Source of the DNA: Chromatiales bacterium
GTDB lineage: Bacteria > Pseudomonadota > Gammaproteobacteria > Steroidobacterales > GCA-2729495
Direction of reading: 5' to 3'
DNA: 64,000 nucleotides
Assembly: GCA_002688175.1 (NCBI GenBank)
Contig: NZCC01000024.1
Location: 18,126-82,125 of the forward strand
Shown here in pieces: positions 47,483-57,384 of this stretch (positions are counted from its first letter, which is position 1; the number at the start of each line of letters is the position of its first letter). Below the pieces are notes generated by a model. It was not told the origin of the DNA and did no database searches. It was given only the letters and a program-made list of their open reading frames with translations. A program made the position numbers and the translations under genes.

Positions 47483-49147
47483 TTGAGTACTTTTCATCTC
47501 GTTAATATCTGGACTGATCCGGAGCCGGGGCCCGGGGGCTTCAACCCCATGGACATCTCGATGCTCTGGCTGCCCGATGATCACGATCTGGGCCAGCCGG
47601 CACCGGCATTTATTTTTGCTCACGGCTGGGGTGGCTATCCGCATGACACGTTGCCCCGCCAACTCGGCACGGAACTGACTGCTCAGGGTTACGGATTTTT
47701 AAGCCTGTGCCTGCGCCGCCGGGGCATGGAAGGTCAACTCACCTCAGTACCTGATAACGACCTGCGTGATATCAAGCTGGCGATCGATTACCTCAAGGTC
47801 AACGGATTCACCGAGATCTTTCTGCTTGGCGAGCAAGTGGGTGCTTTATCAGTATTACGCTACATGGCCAAACACAAGGATATACGAGTTCGCGGCGTCA
47901 GCCTGATTGATCCCGTCAATGATCTGCATGCCTGGCTGTCCCAGGCGATAGGTCAGGAAACTTATGCTGATGCGCTGCAACGGGCGGGCATCGCTGCACG
48001 CCAGGGCGCCGGAATGGATTTTCGTATCGATCTGTTTCCGGCTGATGGCCCGGCTGTAACCCAGCAGGCAGGTGCCTTCCTGGCCTGGTGGAGCCCGATG
48101 GCAGATACACAGTTGTCGAGAAGTTTTGCGGATTCACGGACACCGCTTCTGATTCTTGCCGATACTGAAGCCAGCCTGCCGGAATTCCTGTGCCACGATC
48201 GCGAGCCGGGTCGTGCGATAGAGAAAGGCTTCGGCTCGCGCCAGACTTTCGCAAACAAGCTGGCTGGCTGGGCACTGAATCTTGGCGCCCGGGTTCTGGC
48301 CGCGACCACCATCGAGATGGTGCATACCTCTTCCGCCGACACCGAACTATACGGTTTGCTGTGGCAACCGAAAAATCAGCAAGTTCACACCGCTGTCTTG
48401 CTCATGCACGGTCTGACCAGTTCTCCAACCAGCCCGCTGTTCGCCAGGATGGCCCCGGTGCTGGCACAACAGGATCTGGGTGTACTGGCTGTTGAAAGCC
48501 ACCGTAGCGGATGGTCCGGTCATGAAACAGCGTTGCTTGATGACGACCTCAATGACCTCGATGCCTGGGTAGAGTTTCTGCTTGAACATGGCTTCGAACG
48601 TATTGTGCTGGCCGGCGCCAGCATGGGTAGTTTGAGTATCGGCCGCTATCAGTCCATCAAACAGCACCCGCAGGTCGTGGCCCTGGCCCACCTGATGCCA
48701 ACTGCAGATTGTCCGGACTGGTTTTGTGCTGCAGCGGGCAACGGCTCTTATGAAGCAGCCGCCAGGGACGCTCAACAAGCTGTGGCTGACGGCAGAGGCA
48801 AAGATTATCTTGTCGATATTGATGTCCGGCAACCGGAGCCCAGTCTTTCCAGGGGCCGATTCCGTTGGACTCAACGTGCGGCCAGCTGGTTGTCATGGTG
48901 GGGCCCGGATGCCGACAGTCTTAACAGTGTGCACATTGCCAATGCAACCATCCCCATCCTGTTGCTATCAGGAACAGCGGACTCCTATAACGACAAAGCA
49001 CGTTTTGCTGCGCTTAAAGCAGCGGCGATTATAGCACCCAGCGTTGATGAAATCTGGTACGAAGATATCGATCACGGGCTTTATGGTGTCGAAACCAAAG
49101 TCGCCGATGATCTGCACAAGTGGCTCGCAAAAATCGGCGTGATCTAG
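47483..49147 (+). CDS. tandem-domain alpha/beta-fold hydrolase
   Basis: 554 aa. The first half has FIFAHGWGG and an elbow LLGEQVGA. The second half has LLMHGLTSS, LAGASMGS (GxSxG), SGTADSY and DIDHGLY. TTG start per the ORF track, so the start is uncertain. Confidence 0.7.
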   Translation: MSTFHLVNIWTDPEPGPGGFNPMDISMLWLPDDHDLGQPAPAFIFAHGWGGYPHDTLPRQLGTELTAQGYGFLSLCLRRRGMEGQLTSVPDNDLRDIKLAIDYLKVNGFTEIFLLGEQVGALSVLRYMAKHKDIRVRGVSLIDPVNDLHAWLSQAIGQETYADALQRAGIAARQGAGMDFRIDLFPADGPAVTQQAGAFLAWWSPMADTQLSRSFADSRTPLLILADTEASLPEFLCHDREPGRAIEKGFGSRQTFANKLAGWALNLGARVLAATTIEMVHTSSADTELYGLLWQPKNQQVHTAVLLMHGLTSSPTSPLFARMAPVLAQQDLGVLAVESHRSGWSGHETALLDDDLNDLDAWVEFLLEHGFERIVLAGASMGSLSIGRYQSIKQHPQVVALAHLMPTADCPDWFCAAAGNGSYEAAARDAQQAVADGRGKDYLVDIDVRQPEPSLSRGRFRWTQRAASWLSWWGPDADSLNSVHIANATIPILLLSGTADSYNDKARFAALKAAAIIAPSVDEIWYEDIDHGLYGVETKVADDLHKWLAKIGVI

Positions 49148-49317
49148 AAATATAAAGATCCTTGGCAGCCGGTGGAAAACCGAACCCCGGCCAGTATTTT
49201 TCCGTATTCAAATCACCCCCCCTGAAGATCAGCATGCTAACGGGGATTACCACCCTTGTTGGACAGGTACGTGGCGAAGGGCAGGAGCCAGAAACCACAA
49301 CTTTGCGAAACTAAAAA

Positions 49318-49614
49318 ATGACCAGCGTTACGCGTGCTCAATTTCTTAGAGGCAACTGGCATGAACAACCCATGTCACCGTCACGCTTAGCTGTTGCCCA
49401 AATCAGGTCCAGCTGCCTGGCTCACCGAGGCGTCTTCTGCCGCACTTGCGACGAAGCCTGTGAACCGGGCGCCATCAACTTCACAGCGGCGATTGGCCGC
49501 GCACCTGTACCCCGGATTAATACCGACGCCTGCACCGGTTGCGGCGAGTGCGTCGACATCTGTTCTGCCCATGCCATCGCCCTGAAACAACGTCAATCAA
49601 AGGAAAATTTGTAA
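49318..49614 (+). CDS. napF: short NapF-like ferredoxin
   Basis: 98 aa. RAQFLRGNW N-terminus. Cys clusters CRTCDEACEPGAI and CTGCGECVDICSAHAI. Immediately precedes napD (TAATG junction). Confidence 0.7.
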   Translation: MTSVTRAQFLRGNWHEQPMSPSRLAVAQIRSSCLAHRGVFCRTCDEACEPGAINFTAAIGRAPVPRINTDACTGCGECVDICSAHAIALKQRQSKENL

Positions 49615-49883
49615 TGCCCGGACTTCATGTCAGTGGCGTGCTGATAAACGCCGACCCGGAGTGTCTTAATAGCGTGCAAGCGCAACTAGAGTCCACCCCG
49701 GGGGTTGAGATCCACACCGTGACGCCCGAGGGACGCCTGGTCACAGTTATTGAACAATCTACCGACGATGAACTGGTGAATACTTTCACCAATATACAGA
49801 ACACGGCGGGGGTGCTTTCCGCATCCCTGGTCTACCACTACAGCGAAAATGAGAACGCTGCCGAACAGGAGACCGCATCATGA
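49614..49883 (+). CDS. napD: NapA maturation chaperone NapD
   Basis: 89 aa from the ATG at 49614 ([16 protein letters not shown]...[18 protein letters not shown]...[11 protein letters not shown]). ATGA overlap with napA. Confidence 0.85.
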   Translation: MPGLHVSGVLINADPECLNSVQAQLESTPGVEIHTVTPEGRLVTVIEQSTDDELVNTFTNIQNTAGVLSASLVYHYSENENAAEQETAS

Positions 49884-52387
49884 AACTGTCACGACGTGAA
49901 TTTGTTAAGGCGAATGCAGCAACAGCAACTGCTGCGGCAGCCGGCGTCAATTTAATAGCCCCGATTGCAACTGCCGGGAACAGCGAAGATATTCGTTGGG
50001 ACAAGGCGCCCTGCCGATTCTGCGGTACGGGATGCAGCGTATTGGTAGGCACTAAAAACGGGCGCATCGTTGCAACTCAGGGCGATCCCGACGCCCCGGT
50101 AAACCGCGGGCTGAACTGTATCAAAGGTTACTTCCTGTCCAAAATCCAGTACGGCGAAGACCGGCTCACCACACCCCTGCTGCGCATGACCAACGGCAAA
50201 TATGACAAGAATGGTGAATTTACACCGGTCAGCTGGGATGCCGCTTTCGACATCATGGCCGATAAATGGAAAGCCGCACTGAAAGATAAAGGCCCGACTT
50301 CGATAGGCATGTTTGGCTCCGGTCAGTGGACGGTATGGGAAGGCTATGCTGCGTCAAAACTTTACAAGGCCGGTTTTCGTACTAACAACCTCGAGCCAAA
50401 CGCGCGCCACTGCATGGCCTCTGCTGTCGCCGGTTTCATCCGTACCTTCGGTGCCGATGAACCCATGGGTGTATACGATGACCTCGAACACGCCGATGCC
50501 TTCGTACTCTGGGGTTCAAACATGGCGGAAATGCATCCTATCCTGTGGAGCCGACTCACCGATCGTCGCCTGACACATGACAAGTGCAAGGTTGCCGTGT
50601 TGTCGACATTCAAGAACCGTAACTTTGACCTCGCCGACATCCCAATGGTATTCAAACCGCAAACCGATCTTGCGATTCTGAACTACATCGCCAATCACAT
50701 CATCCAGTCGGGCAAAGTCAACCAGGACTTCGTCAGCAAGAACGTAAATTTCCGTCGCGGTAACACGGACATCGGCTATGGTCTGCGTCCTGATGATCCG
50801 CGGGAGAAAAAGGCGGCTAATTCTGGCAAAGGCGGCGGTTCCAAGCCGATGACGTTTGATGAATTCAGTAAATTTGTCGCCGACTATGATCTGGATTCAG
50901 TTTCTGAACTTTCGGGCGTGCCGAAGAAGAGCCTGCAGGCATTAGCCGAACTCTATGCAGACCCGAGCATCAAAGTCGTGTCGTACTGGACGATGGGCTT
51001 CAACCAACACTCTCGTGGCACCTGGTGTAATAACCTGGTCTACAACATCCACCTGCTGACCGGCAAGATTTCCGAACCAGGCAACGGCCCGTTCTCACTG
51101 ACGGGACAACCGTCTGCGTGCGGCACGGCTCGTGAAGTCGGCACCTTCGCCCATCGACTGCCGGTCGATCTGGTGGTCAAGAAAGAACCACATCGGGACT
51201 TCAGTGAAAAAATCTGGAAACTGCCGAAAGGCACGATTCCGGGCAAGCCGGGCTTTCACGCCGTACTGCAAAACCGCAAACTCAAGGATGGCAAGATCAA
51301 CGCCTATTGGGTTATGTGCAACAATAATGTGCAGGCAGCGCCCAATATGAACGATGAGACGCTCCCCGGGTATCGCAACCCGGCCAACTTCATCGTCGTG
51401 TCGGATCCCTACCCGACGGTCACGGCCATGGCTGCCGACCTGATCCTGCCCACCGCCATGTGGGCCGAGAAAGAAGGTGCCTACGGTAATGCCGAACGGC
51501 GCACACAATTCTGGCGGCAACAGGTCAAGCCGCCGGGTGAGGCTCGTTCAGATCTCTGGCAACTTGTCGAGTTTTCAAAACGCTTCAAGGTAGAGGAAGT
51601 CTGGCCGGCAGAACTCATTGCGCAAAAAGCCGAGTACAAGGGCAAAACGCTGTACGACATCCTGTTTGCGAACGGCCAGGTAGACCGGTTCCCGAAACAG
51701 GCCGTCATTGATGCAGACGGCAACGTCTACGACAACGACGAGATGGAAGCCTTCGGCTATTACCTGCAAAAAGGACTCTACGAGGAATACCGGATATTCG
51801 GTCTCAAGGGGCCGAAGAAAGGCCACGAACTCGGTGAGTTCGATGCCTATCATGCCAGCCGTGGCTTGCGCTGGCCGGTCATTGACGGCAAGGAGACGCT
51901 GTGGCGTTATCGCACCGGTTACGATCCGCTGGTGGCAGCCGGGAAAGAAGTTGAGTTCTACGGCAAACCCGACGGTAAAGCGGCGGCTTTCGCGCTGCCT
52001 TACGAACCGGCCGCGGAAGAACCGGATGCAGAGTACGATCTGTGGCTGTGCACCGGCCGGGTACTCGAGCACTGGCACTCCGGGTCCATGACCCAACGGG
52101 TACCGGAACTGTATCGCGCCTACCCGGATGCACTGGTATTCATGCACCCGGATGATGCGAAAAAGCGTGGCCTGCGCCGCGGCATGACCGCCACACTCAC
52201 CACACGCCGTGGTGAGATCACGATGCAGGTTGAAACCCGGGGTCGAAACCGGCCACCGCAAGGTTTGATTTTTGCACCGTGGTTCGATGCCCGTCGCCTG
52301 GTCAACAAACTGACGCTGGATGCAACTTGTCCGATCTCCAAAGAAACGGATTACAAGAAATGCGCCGTCAAAGTGACCCGCGCCTGA
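49880..52387 (+). CDS. napA: periplasmic nitrate reductase catalytic subunit
   Basis: 835 aa. Tat signal [21 protein letters not shown]. 4Fe-4S motif CRFCGTGC. Molybdopterin oxidoreductase blocks throughout. Confidence 0.95.
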   Translation: MKLSRREFVKANAATATAAAAGVNLIAPIATAGNSEDIRWDKAPCRFCGTGCSVLVGTKNGRIVATQGDPDAPVNRGLNCIKGYFLSKIQYGEDRLTTPLLRMTNGKYDKNGEFTPVSWDAAFDIMADKWKAALKDKGPTSIGMFGSGQWTVWEGYAASKLYKAGFRTNNLEPNARHCMASAVAGFIRTFGADEPMGVYDDLEHADAFVLWGSNMAEMHPILWSRLTDRRLTHDKCKVAVLSTFKNRNFDLADIPMVFKPQTDLAILNYIANHIIQSGKVNQDFVSKNVNFRRGNTDIGYGLRPDDPREKKAANSGKGGGSKPMTFDEFSKFVADYDLDSVSELSGVPKKSLQALAELYADPSIKVVSYWTMGFNQHSRGTWCNNLVYNIHLLTGKISEPGNGPFSLTGQPSACGTAREVGTFAHRLPVDLVVKKEPHRDFSEKIWKLPKGTIPGKPGFHAVLQNRKLKDGKINAYWVMCNNNVQAAPNMNDETLPGYRNPANFIVVSDPYPTVTAMAADLILPTAMWAEKEGAYGNAERRTQFWRQQVKPPGEARSDLWQLVEFSKRFKVEEVWPAELIAQKAEYKGKTLYDILFANGQVDRFPKQAVIDADGNVYDNDEMEAFGYYLQKGLYEEYRIFGLKGPKKGHELGEFDAYHASRGLRWPVIDGKETLWRYRTGYDPLVAAGKEVEFYGKPDGKAAAFALPYEPAAEEPDAEYDLWLCTGRVLEHWHSGSMTQRVPELYRAYPDALVFMHPDDAKKRGLRRGMTATLTTRRGEITMQVETRGRNRPPQGLIFAPWFDARRLVNKLTLDATCPISKETDYKKCAVKVTRA

Positions 52388-52404
52388 AGTTAGTACCAAC
52401 AGTG

Positions 52405-52698
52405 ATGGGCATGAACAAAACCAGACTAAGACTGATTGGCAATGCCGTCCGGGCTACCGGCGGCATTGCGCTGGGCGGGCTGACGTTAGCCCTGTATGCA
52501 CGCAAGTCGACGTCACTGCCCACCCAGGCGTCACGGCCACTCAACACCATTGGTGATCAGGAGAACCACACGAACTGTGGGCGCTGTATCGATATTTGCT
52601 CACAGGACGTCTTCCAATCTGGCGCCCTTTTTGGATGCCTGATACAACAAAATTTACCCAAACAGAATTTACAATTCGCAAAGGAGACTCAGAGATGA
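52405..52698 (+). pseudogene. napG/napH deletion remnant (NapG-like N-terminus joined to NapH-like C-terminal Cys motif)
   Basis: 97-codon frame between napA and napB. N-terminus NKTRLRLIGNAVRATGGIALGGLTLAL resembles the NapG Tat/anchor region with the twin-Arg degraded. The C-terminal CGRCIDICSQDVF resembles the last Fe-S motif of NapH. Intact NapG and NapH are several-fold longer. Confidence 0.45.
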
Positions 52699-53141
52699 AT
52701 CACTCAGAGATCTGCGCACTAGCTGCTGCCCTATTGTTACTCGTCACCGTGAGTAATGCCGACGATAAAGTCCTAAGCCTGAGGGGTGATGTAGACCTTG
52801 ATGCCGCGGCAATATCGCCAACCATCAAGCGATGGGAACCCGATCAGGATGTCCTGCCGAGAGACTTCGTTCAACAGCCACCACTGGTTCCACATTCCAT
52901 AGACGACTATAAAATCAATCAGAATTCAAACAAGTGCCTGACGTGCCACAGCTGGGCCAACTATCGCGGGGCCGGTGCTACAAAAATCAGCCAGACACAT
53001 TTCTCCGACCGGGACGAAAGTGTATTGGCCAACATTGCACCGCGACGCTACTTCTGCACCCAGTGTCATGTTGCCCAGATGGACACAAAGCCCCTGATAG
53101 AAAACTCTTTCGAACCCGTCAAGGCTATCCGCGAGCGATAG
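52695..53141 (+). CDS. napB: diheme cytochrome c NapB
   Basis: 148 aa from the ATG at 52695 (AAGGAG at 52681). Signal peptide present. Two CxxCH motifs (CLTCHS, CTQCHV). Confidence 0.9.
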   Translation: MNHSEICALAAALLLLVTVSNADDKVLSLRGDVDLDAAAISPTIKRWEPDQDVLPRDFVQQPPLVPHSIDDYKINQNSNKCLTCHSWANYRGAGATKISQTHFSDRDESVLANIAPRRYFCTQCHVAQMDTKPLIENSFEPVKAIRER

Positions 53142-53159
53142 ACCGAAAGGAATAGTAAA

Positions 53160-53780
53160 ATGAGCGATGAAAAATCAACCGATCGCCCGCAAAATCTATT
53201 GAACATGTTGCGCTCGCCTTCGGGAACTTACAGCCTGGGTGCGCTGCTGATTGTCGGGTTTATTGTCGGTATTCTATTTTGGGGTGGCTTTAACTGGGCC
53301 ATAGAACTAACCAACACCGAGACCTTCTGCATTACCTGCCACGAGATGGAAGTGAATGTTTACGAAGAATATCGCGATACGATTCATTACAACAATCGCA
53401 CCGGTATTCGCGCGGTTTGCTCCGACTGTCATGTGCCGAAGGAATGGCATTACAAAATTCTCCGTAAGATTTTTGCCACCAACGAGTTGTTCCACCACTT
53501 CTTAGGCACTATCGATACAGCCGAGAAATTTGAAGCAAAACGCCTGGAACTGGCACAAAATGTCTGGAGGACCATGAAGGCCACAGACTCCCGGGAGTGC
53601 CGGAACTGTCATGACTACGACTCGATGGACTACGTAGACCAACAACGTCGGGCTGTGAAGGCTCACATTAAAGGCTTTGACGAAGGCGAGACCTGCATCG
53701 ACTGTCACAAGGGCATAGCGCATTCCCTGCCGGCCATGTATACCGAAGATGTGAGTGCGGTGATCGGGAGCGTTCACTGA
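53160..53780 (+). CDS. napC: membrane-anchored tetraheme cytochrome c NapC/NirT
   Basis: 206 aa. One N-terminal TM helix. Four CxxCH motifs (CITCHE, CSDCHV, CRNCHD, CIDCHK). Confidence 0.9.
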   Translation: MSDEKSTDRPQNLLNMLRSPSGTYSLGALLIVGFIVGILFWGGFNWAIELTNTETFCITCHEMEVNVYEEYRDTIHYNNRTGIRAVCSDCHVPKEWHYKILRKIFATNELFHHFLGTIDTAEKFEAKRLELAQNVWRTMKATDSRECRNCHDYDSMDYVDQQRRAVKAHIKGFDEGETCIDCHKGIAHSLPAMYTEDVSAVIGSVH

Positions 53781-54013
53781 CAATTAAGCATGATTGCTCA
53801 GACCTGATCATTCAGACAGCATCAGATCAGATTGCGCCCACATGACCACTTCGCAGTTGCAAGCGGTCGGCCTGATCATGATGGATTGCTGTTTTCACAC
53901 AACCTCGCCACAAGGAACCGTTCGCACAATCGGACACAAAACACTTACCAGGGAAAGGTCTTACAGCTATAAAACCGCAGCTAAACCAGCTGCGTCGCAC
54001 CCTTAATTACAGC

Positions 54014-54976
54014 TCACTCATGTCTGTGCAACTCGGGAATAACTTCTGTAGCAAGAATCTCCATTTGCTCAACAAAATCCCAAAGCGGATTCAGCACAAT
54101 CATGCGCGCTCCACGATCAATCACTTCACAAAGTCCTTCCACCACCCGCTCTGGACTCCCCCAAACACAGATATCCGCTACGAAGTTCGGATTGCTCTTT
54201 ATCATCCACGGATAACGCGCTGCAAAAAATTTATCCAGACCTGCTTTTACACGTTGTTCATTATTATCAATGCCAAGATACACACGCTTGGATATCGGCA
54301 ACGAAGCCGGATCCCTGCCTTCCTCATCGAGATAACGACGAATCAGTTCAACATGGCTGCCAAAATCACGGGTAGTTGTCGGTCCCGCCCCCATATAACC
54401 ATCCGCCATCCGTACGGCCCTGTGTAGTGCTTTTGGATGCTGCCCGCCAAACCACAAAGGGGGGTGCGGCTGCTGGATCGGCTTGGGTTCCATGCCGGGG
54501 TTTTCAAGCCGGTAGAACTCACCGTTTATGTTGGTCTTGTCCTGCGTCCACAGGCTCTTCATGATTGAGATACTTTCGTTGAAGCGCCTTAGTGCTTCAT
54601 CCGCTTTAGTACCGAAGATCTGAAAATAGTTATCACCGGCAAATACCGGCCCAAGCCCCACCCCGAGAATCACCCGACCATTACTCATATGGTCGAGCGT
54701 ACTGACATTCTTAGCAAGTTGAGGTGCATTACGAATCGGCAGAACAATAACCGACACTCCGAGGCGTAACGTTGTCGTCACCGCTGCTGCATAACTCAAC
54801 AAGCTGATTGATTCGAGCAACGGAACGTCACCGGCCACCTGATCCTGTACCCATGCACTGTCGAAACCAAGTTGCTCGGCACGCTGCAATGCTGTACGCA
54901 CGAGTTGCATATCGGCCTGACCATCGAGAAAGACCTGTGGAATCGGAATGCCGAATGTCAGCGGAACATCCGACAT
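54014..54976 (-). CDS. LLM-class (luciferase-like) oxidoreductase, possibly F420-dependent
   Basis: 320 aa. TIM-barrel LLM pattern AEQLGFDSAWVQDQ, LRLGVSVIVLPIRNAPQLAK, GRVILGVGLG. Confidence 0.75.
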   Translation of the reverse strand: MSDVPLTFGIPIPQVFLDGQADMQLVRTALQRAEQLGFDSAWVQDQVAGDVPLLESISLLSYAAAVTTTLRLGVSVIVLPIRNAPQLAKNVSTLDHMSNGRVILGVGLGPVFAGDNYFQIFGTKADEALRRFNESISIMKSLWTQDKTNINGEFYRLENPGMEPKPIQQPHPPLWFGGQHPKALHRAVRMADGYMGAGPTTTRDFGSHVELIRRYLDEEGRDPASLPISKRVYLGIDNNEQRVKAGLDKFFAARYPWMIKSNPNFVADICVWGSPERVVEGLCEVIDRGARMIVLNPLWDFVEQMEILATEVIPELHRHE

Positions 54977-54991
54977 ATCAGCCCGCTCTCA

Positions 54992-56032
54992 TCAGAGCAA
55001 CTCTTCAGCCAGCAGACGCAGTGCGTCAATCGTTGCTCCACCAACCAGCATCGAACCGACATGCCCGCGACTACCGGCTTCTTTCCAGGCCGTGAGACGT
55101 TCGCGAATCCGTTCAGCCGGACCGACCAGCGCACAATCATCGATGAGCTGATCAGGCACCGCCTGCGCCGCTTCAGCCTTCTTGCCAGTCAGATAAAGTT
55201 GCTGGATTTGCCGGGCCTCTGCTGCGTAACCCATACGCGATGCATAGTCATTGTAGAAGTTGTGCCCGGGCGGCCCCATGCCCCCGATGTAGAGCGCAAG
55301 GTGGGCCTTAACGTGGGCTCGACACTCATCGACGTTGTCGCCTATGACGATGCTGACCATCGGCGCGACATCAAAATCAGCCAGGGTCTTTCCGCCATCC
55401 GCCAGCGCCAGACCTTCCTCGATAAATGGCCCGAGCAAGTCGAAACGATCCGGATTCATCCAGATCGGAAATACGCCATTCGCCACTTCACCGGCGCAAC
55501 GCAACCCTGCAGGTGTAATCGCGGCAGTATAGATTGGAATCGGATGACCGGCATGCAGAATACTCTTCATCGGCCTGCCGACGCCCTTGGCATCTTTGCC
55601 ACGGTAAGGAATCTGGTAGTGATAGCCGTCATGTTCAAGTTTTTCGCGGCGGGCAAAAATTTTATGAAGAATATCCACATATTCCCGTGTCCGGGTCAGC
55701 GGCCTGCCATAAGCAACACCATGCCAACCTTCAATAACGCCGGGACCCGAAGGGCCAATACCGAGAATGAATCGCCCACCTGACATCCCGCTCAGGGTCA
55801 TCGCAGACATTGCTGTACAGGTTGGTGTGCGCGCCGGCATTTGCACAATTGCCGTTCCGACCTTGATCCGGGACGTTTTGGCGAGAACCCATGCCGCAGT
55901 TGTCAACGCATCGGAACCGTAGGCTTCGGCAGTCCACACCGAATCAAAGCCAAGGCGCTCGGCTTCGAGAATCTGTTCCATGGGGAGCTCGACCTGTGCC
56001 GGCGAATAACCAGCCATAAGCCCCAGCTTCAT
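54992..56032 (-). CDS. LLM-class (luciferase-like) oxidoreductase, possibly F420-dependent
   Basis: 346 aa. MKLGLMAGYS, AERLGFDSVWTAEAYGSDA, GRFILGIGPSGPGVIEGWHG. It resembles actinobacterial F420-dependent LLM families as I remember them. Confidence 0.75.
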   Translation of the reverse strand: MKLGLMAGYSPAQVELPMEQILEAERLGFDSVWTAEAYGSDALTTAAWVLAKTSRIKVGTAIVQMPARTPTCTAMSAMTLSGMSGGRFILGIGPSGPGVIEGWHGVAYGRPLTRTREYVDILHKIFARREKLEHDGYHYQIPYRGKDAKGVGRPMKSILHAGHPIPIYTAAITPAGLRCAGEVANGVFPIWMNPDRFDLLGPFIEEGLALADGGKTLADFDVAPMVSIVIGDNVDECRAHVKAHLALYIGGMGPPGHNFYNDYASRMGYAAEARQIQQLYLTGKKAEAAQAVPDQLIDDCALVGPAERIRERLTAWKEAGSRGHVGSMLVGGATIDALRLLAEELL

Positions 56033-56117
56033 GATGACGACCTCTTATTTTTATCAGCTGGCGGCTAATACAGTACCGCCCGATAGCGCTCATGGTGAAC
56101 GCAGCTGATCACTCGCG

Positions 56118-56426
56118 TCAACAGTCAGGCAAAAATTGATCCGCCGGTGCGCTTTCTGAATCCAGATCATCACCGGTCAGGTCATCGAGTGATGCGCGCA
56201 GCGTTTGAAGTTCCTGCGTTGATGAGTCAAGTCTTATGGTCATCTCACCGGCATCTTTCTTACTGACCCGCAAACTGGCTTCCAGCGCATGAATCTTATG
56301 GTCATTATCGGGCATATCCTGACCGGAAGCGCGCGAACCAACATAAGCTGAAAACTTGGCGACAAACCAGCCGATCAGAAAAGCTACGAGCCCCAACAGT
56401 AATGGCACGGCGAATAATTCAGACAT
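56118..56426 (-). CDS. small single-pass membrane protein with coiled-coil/acidic tail
   Basis: About 102 aa. TM helix LFAVPLLLGLVAFLIGWFVA. No recognisable motif. Confidence 0.45.
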   Translation of the reverse strand: MSELFAVPLLLGLVAFLIGWFVAKFSAYVGSRASGQDMPDNDHKIHALEASLRVSKKDAGEMTIRLDSSTQELQTLRASLDDLTGDDLDSESAPADQFLPDC

Positions 56427-56532
56427 AATCCACACTTGGCCTCAGAAAGTGGAATGAATAATGTATGCGGTCTCAGGTATAGGTTCCGTGGCACAGTTCT
56501 CAGAATCCCGCCATTTCTGCTAATCTATAACC

Positions 56533-57360
56533 ATGAATAACCCCATGAAAACAAGGCGCTGGCTCTGCCGCGCCCTGGCCACGGCGGCGGCATCGCCATT
56601 GCTGCCAGCACTCGGCGAGGCTGCCCGGATCCACCGTACGCTGGACCTGGCTGCGCCACAGGATGCATTGACGGCGATGATCAAAATGCGTGGCAGCCTG
56701 CTGGCGGAAGATGTGCCGCACTGGTATTACGGCACTATCTATGCGGTTTTACCGGGTCAGGCGCCCCTGCCGATGGTCAATTTTGAAGGCTCCGAAATTG
56801 ACTACTACGAACGACAATCGGACGGTTCCTACCATGGTTATGCCGCAACAGCGAGCTTCTTCCGCGATACCGGAACCGGCAGGCTGATCGACACGTTTGA
56901 CAACCCGATTACCGGGGAACGCAATGAAGTGCGTCCGAATACGATTTCAGTCAGGGCCCACTATATCTATACGATTAATGGCTATAAACGCTCAGATGAT
57001 TCACGCTCGATTGATGAGACCGCCAGCATTGCCGACCGACTGCACTGGCGAGAGATTAATGACGATATCTGGATGACAACACGACGTGCCTATCCGAAAG
57101 GTGTCACGATGGGTGAACACCAACTCATCCGTGGCTCACTGGCAGAACTGCATAACCCGGACACCGTAAAGGTCTACACGACGGCAGCCCCGACCTTTAT
57201 CGCGCCCTGGTTGGGCTGGATGAATATGAGTGACCACCCCGGTCATACAGTCTGGGCCGGACCGGCCAAAAAACTTGACCGTGTTGAAGACTATCCGCGT
57301 GAACTGCTTGCCCTGATGGAAAAACACTTCCCGGAAAAACTTACGGCAAAGCCACAATAG
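56533..57360 (+). CDS. DUF1838-like protein with Tat/Sec-type leader
   Basis: 275 aa. Leader TRRWLCRALATAAASPLLPALGEA. Core DTFDNPITGERNEVRPN. Distant paralogue of the 62617 gene. Confidence 0.55.
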   Translation: MNNPMKTRRWLCRALATAAASPLLPALGEAARIHRTLDLAAPQDALTAMIKMRGSLLAEDVPHWYYGTIYAVLPGQAPLPMVNFEGSEIDYYERQSDGSYHGYAATASFFRDTGTGRLIDTFDNPITGERNEVRPNTISVRAHYIYTINGYKRSDDSRSIDETASIADRLHWREINDDIWMTTRRAYPKGVTMGEHQLIRGSLAELHNPDTVKVYTTAAPTFIAPWLGWMNMSDHPGHTVWAGPAKKLDRVEDYPRELLALMEKHFPEKLTAKPQ

Positions 57361-57384
57361 TGACTTAACAGCGAAATACTGCTG

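Noticed and set aside
49148-49317. FNR (TTGAT-N4-ATCAA) or NarL/NarP heptamer sites upstream of napF
   Set aside because: Only weak half-site resemblances (for example tgaagatca and taccacc) are present. Nothing is close enough to consensus to report.
52279-52404. Treating the whole 139-aa ORF 52279-52698 as a gene
   Set aside because: Its first ~36 codons lie within the 3' end of napA in another frame. Only the part after the napA stop shows NapG/NapH-like features.
54872-55783. 303-aa plus-strand ORF opposite the LLM oxidoreductases, and similar antisense ORFs (51575-52399 opposite napA, 32461-33132 opposite the methyltransferase)
   Set aside because: They have no recognisable motifs, and the opposite strand encodes well-supported proteins.
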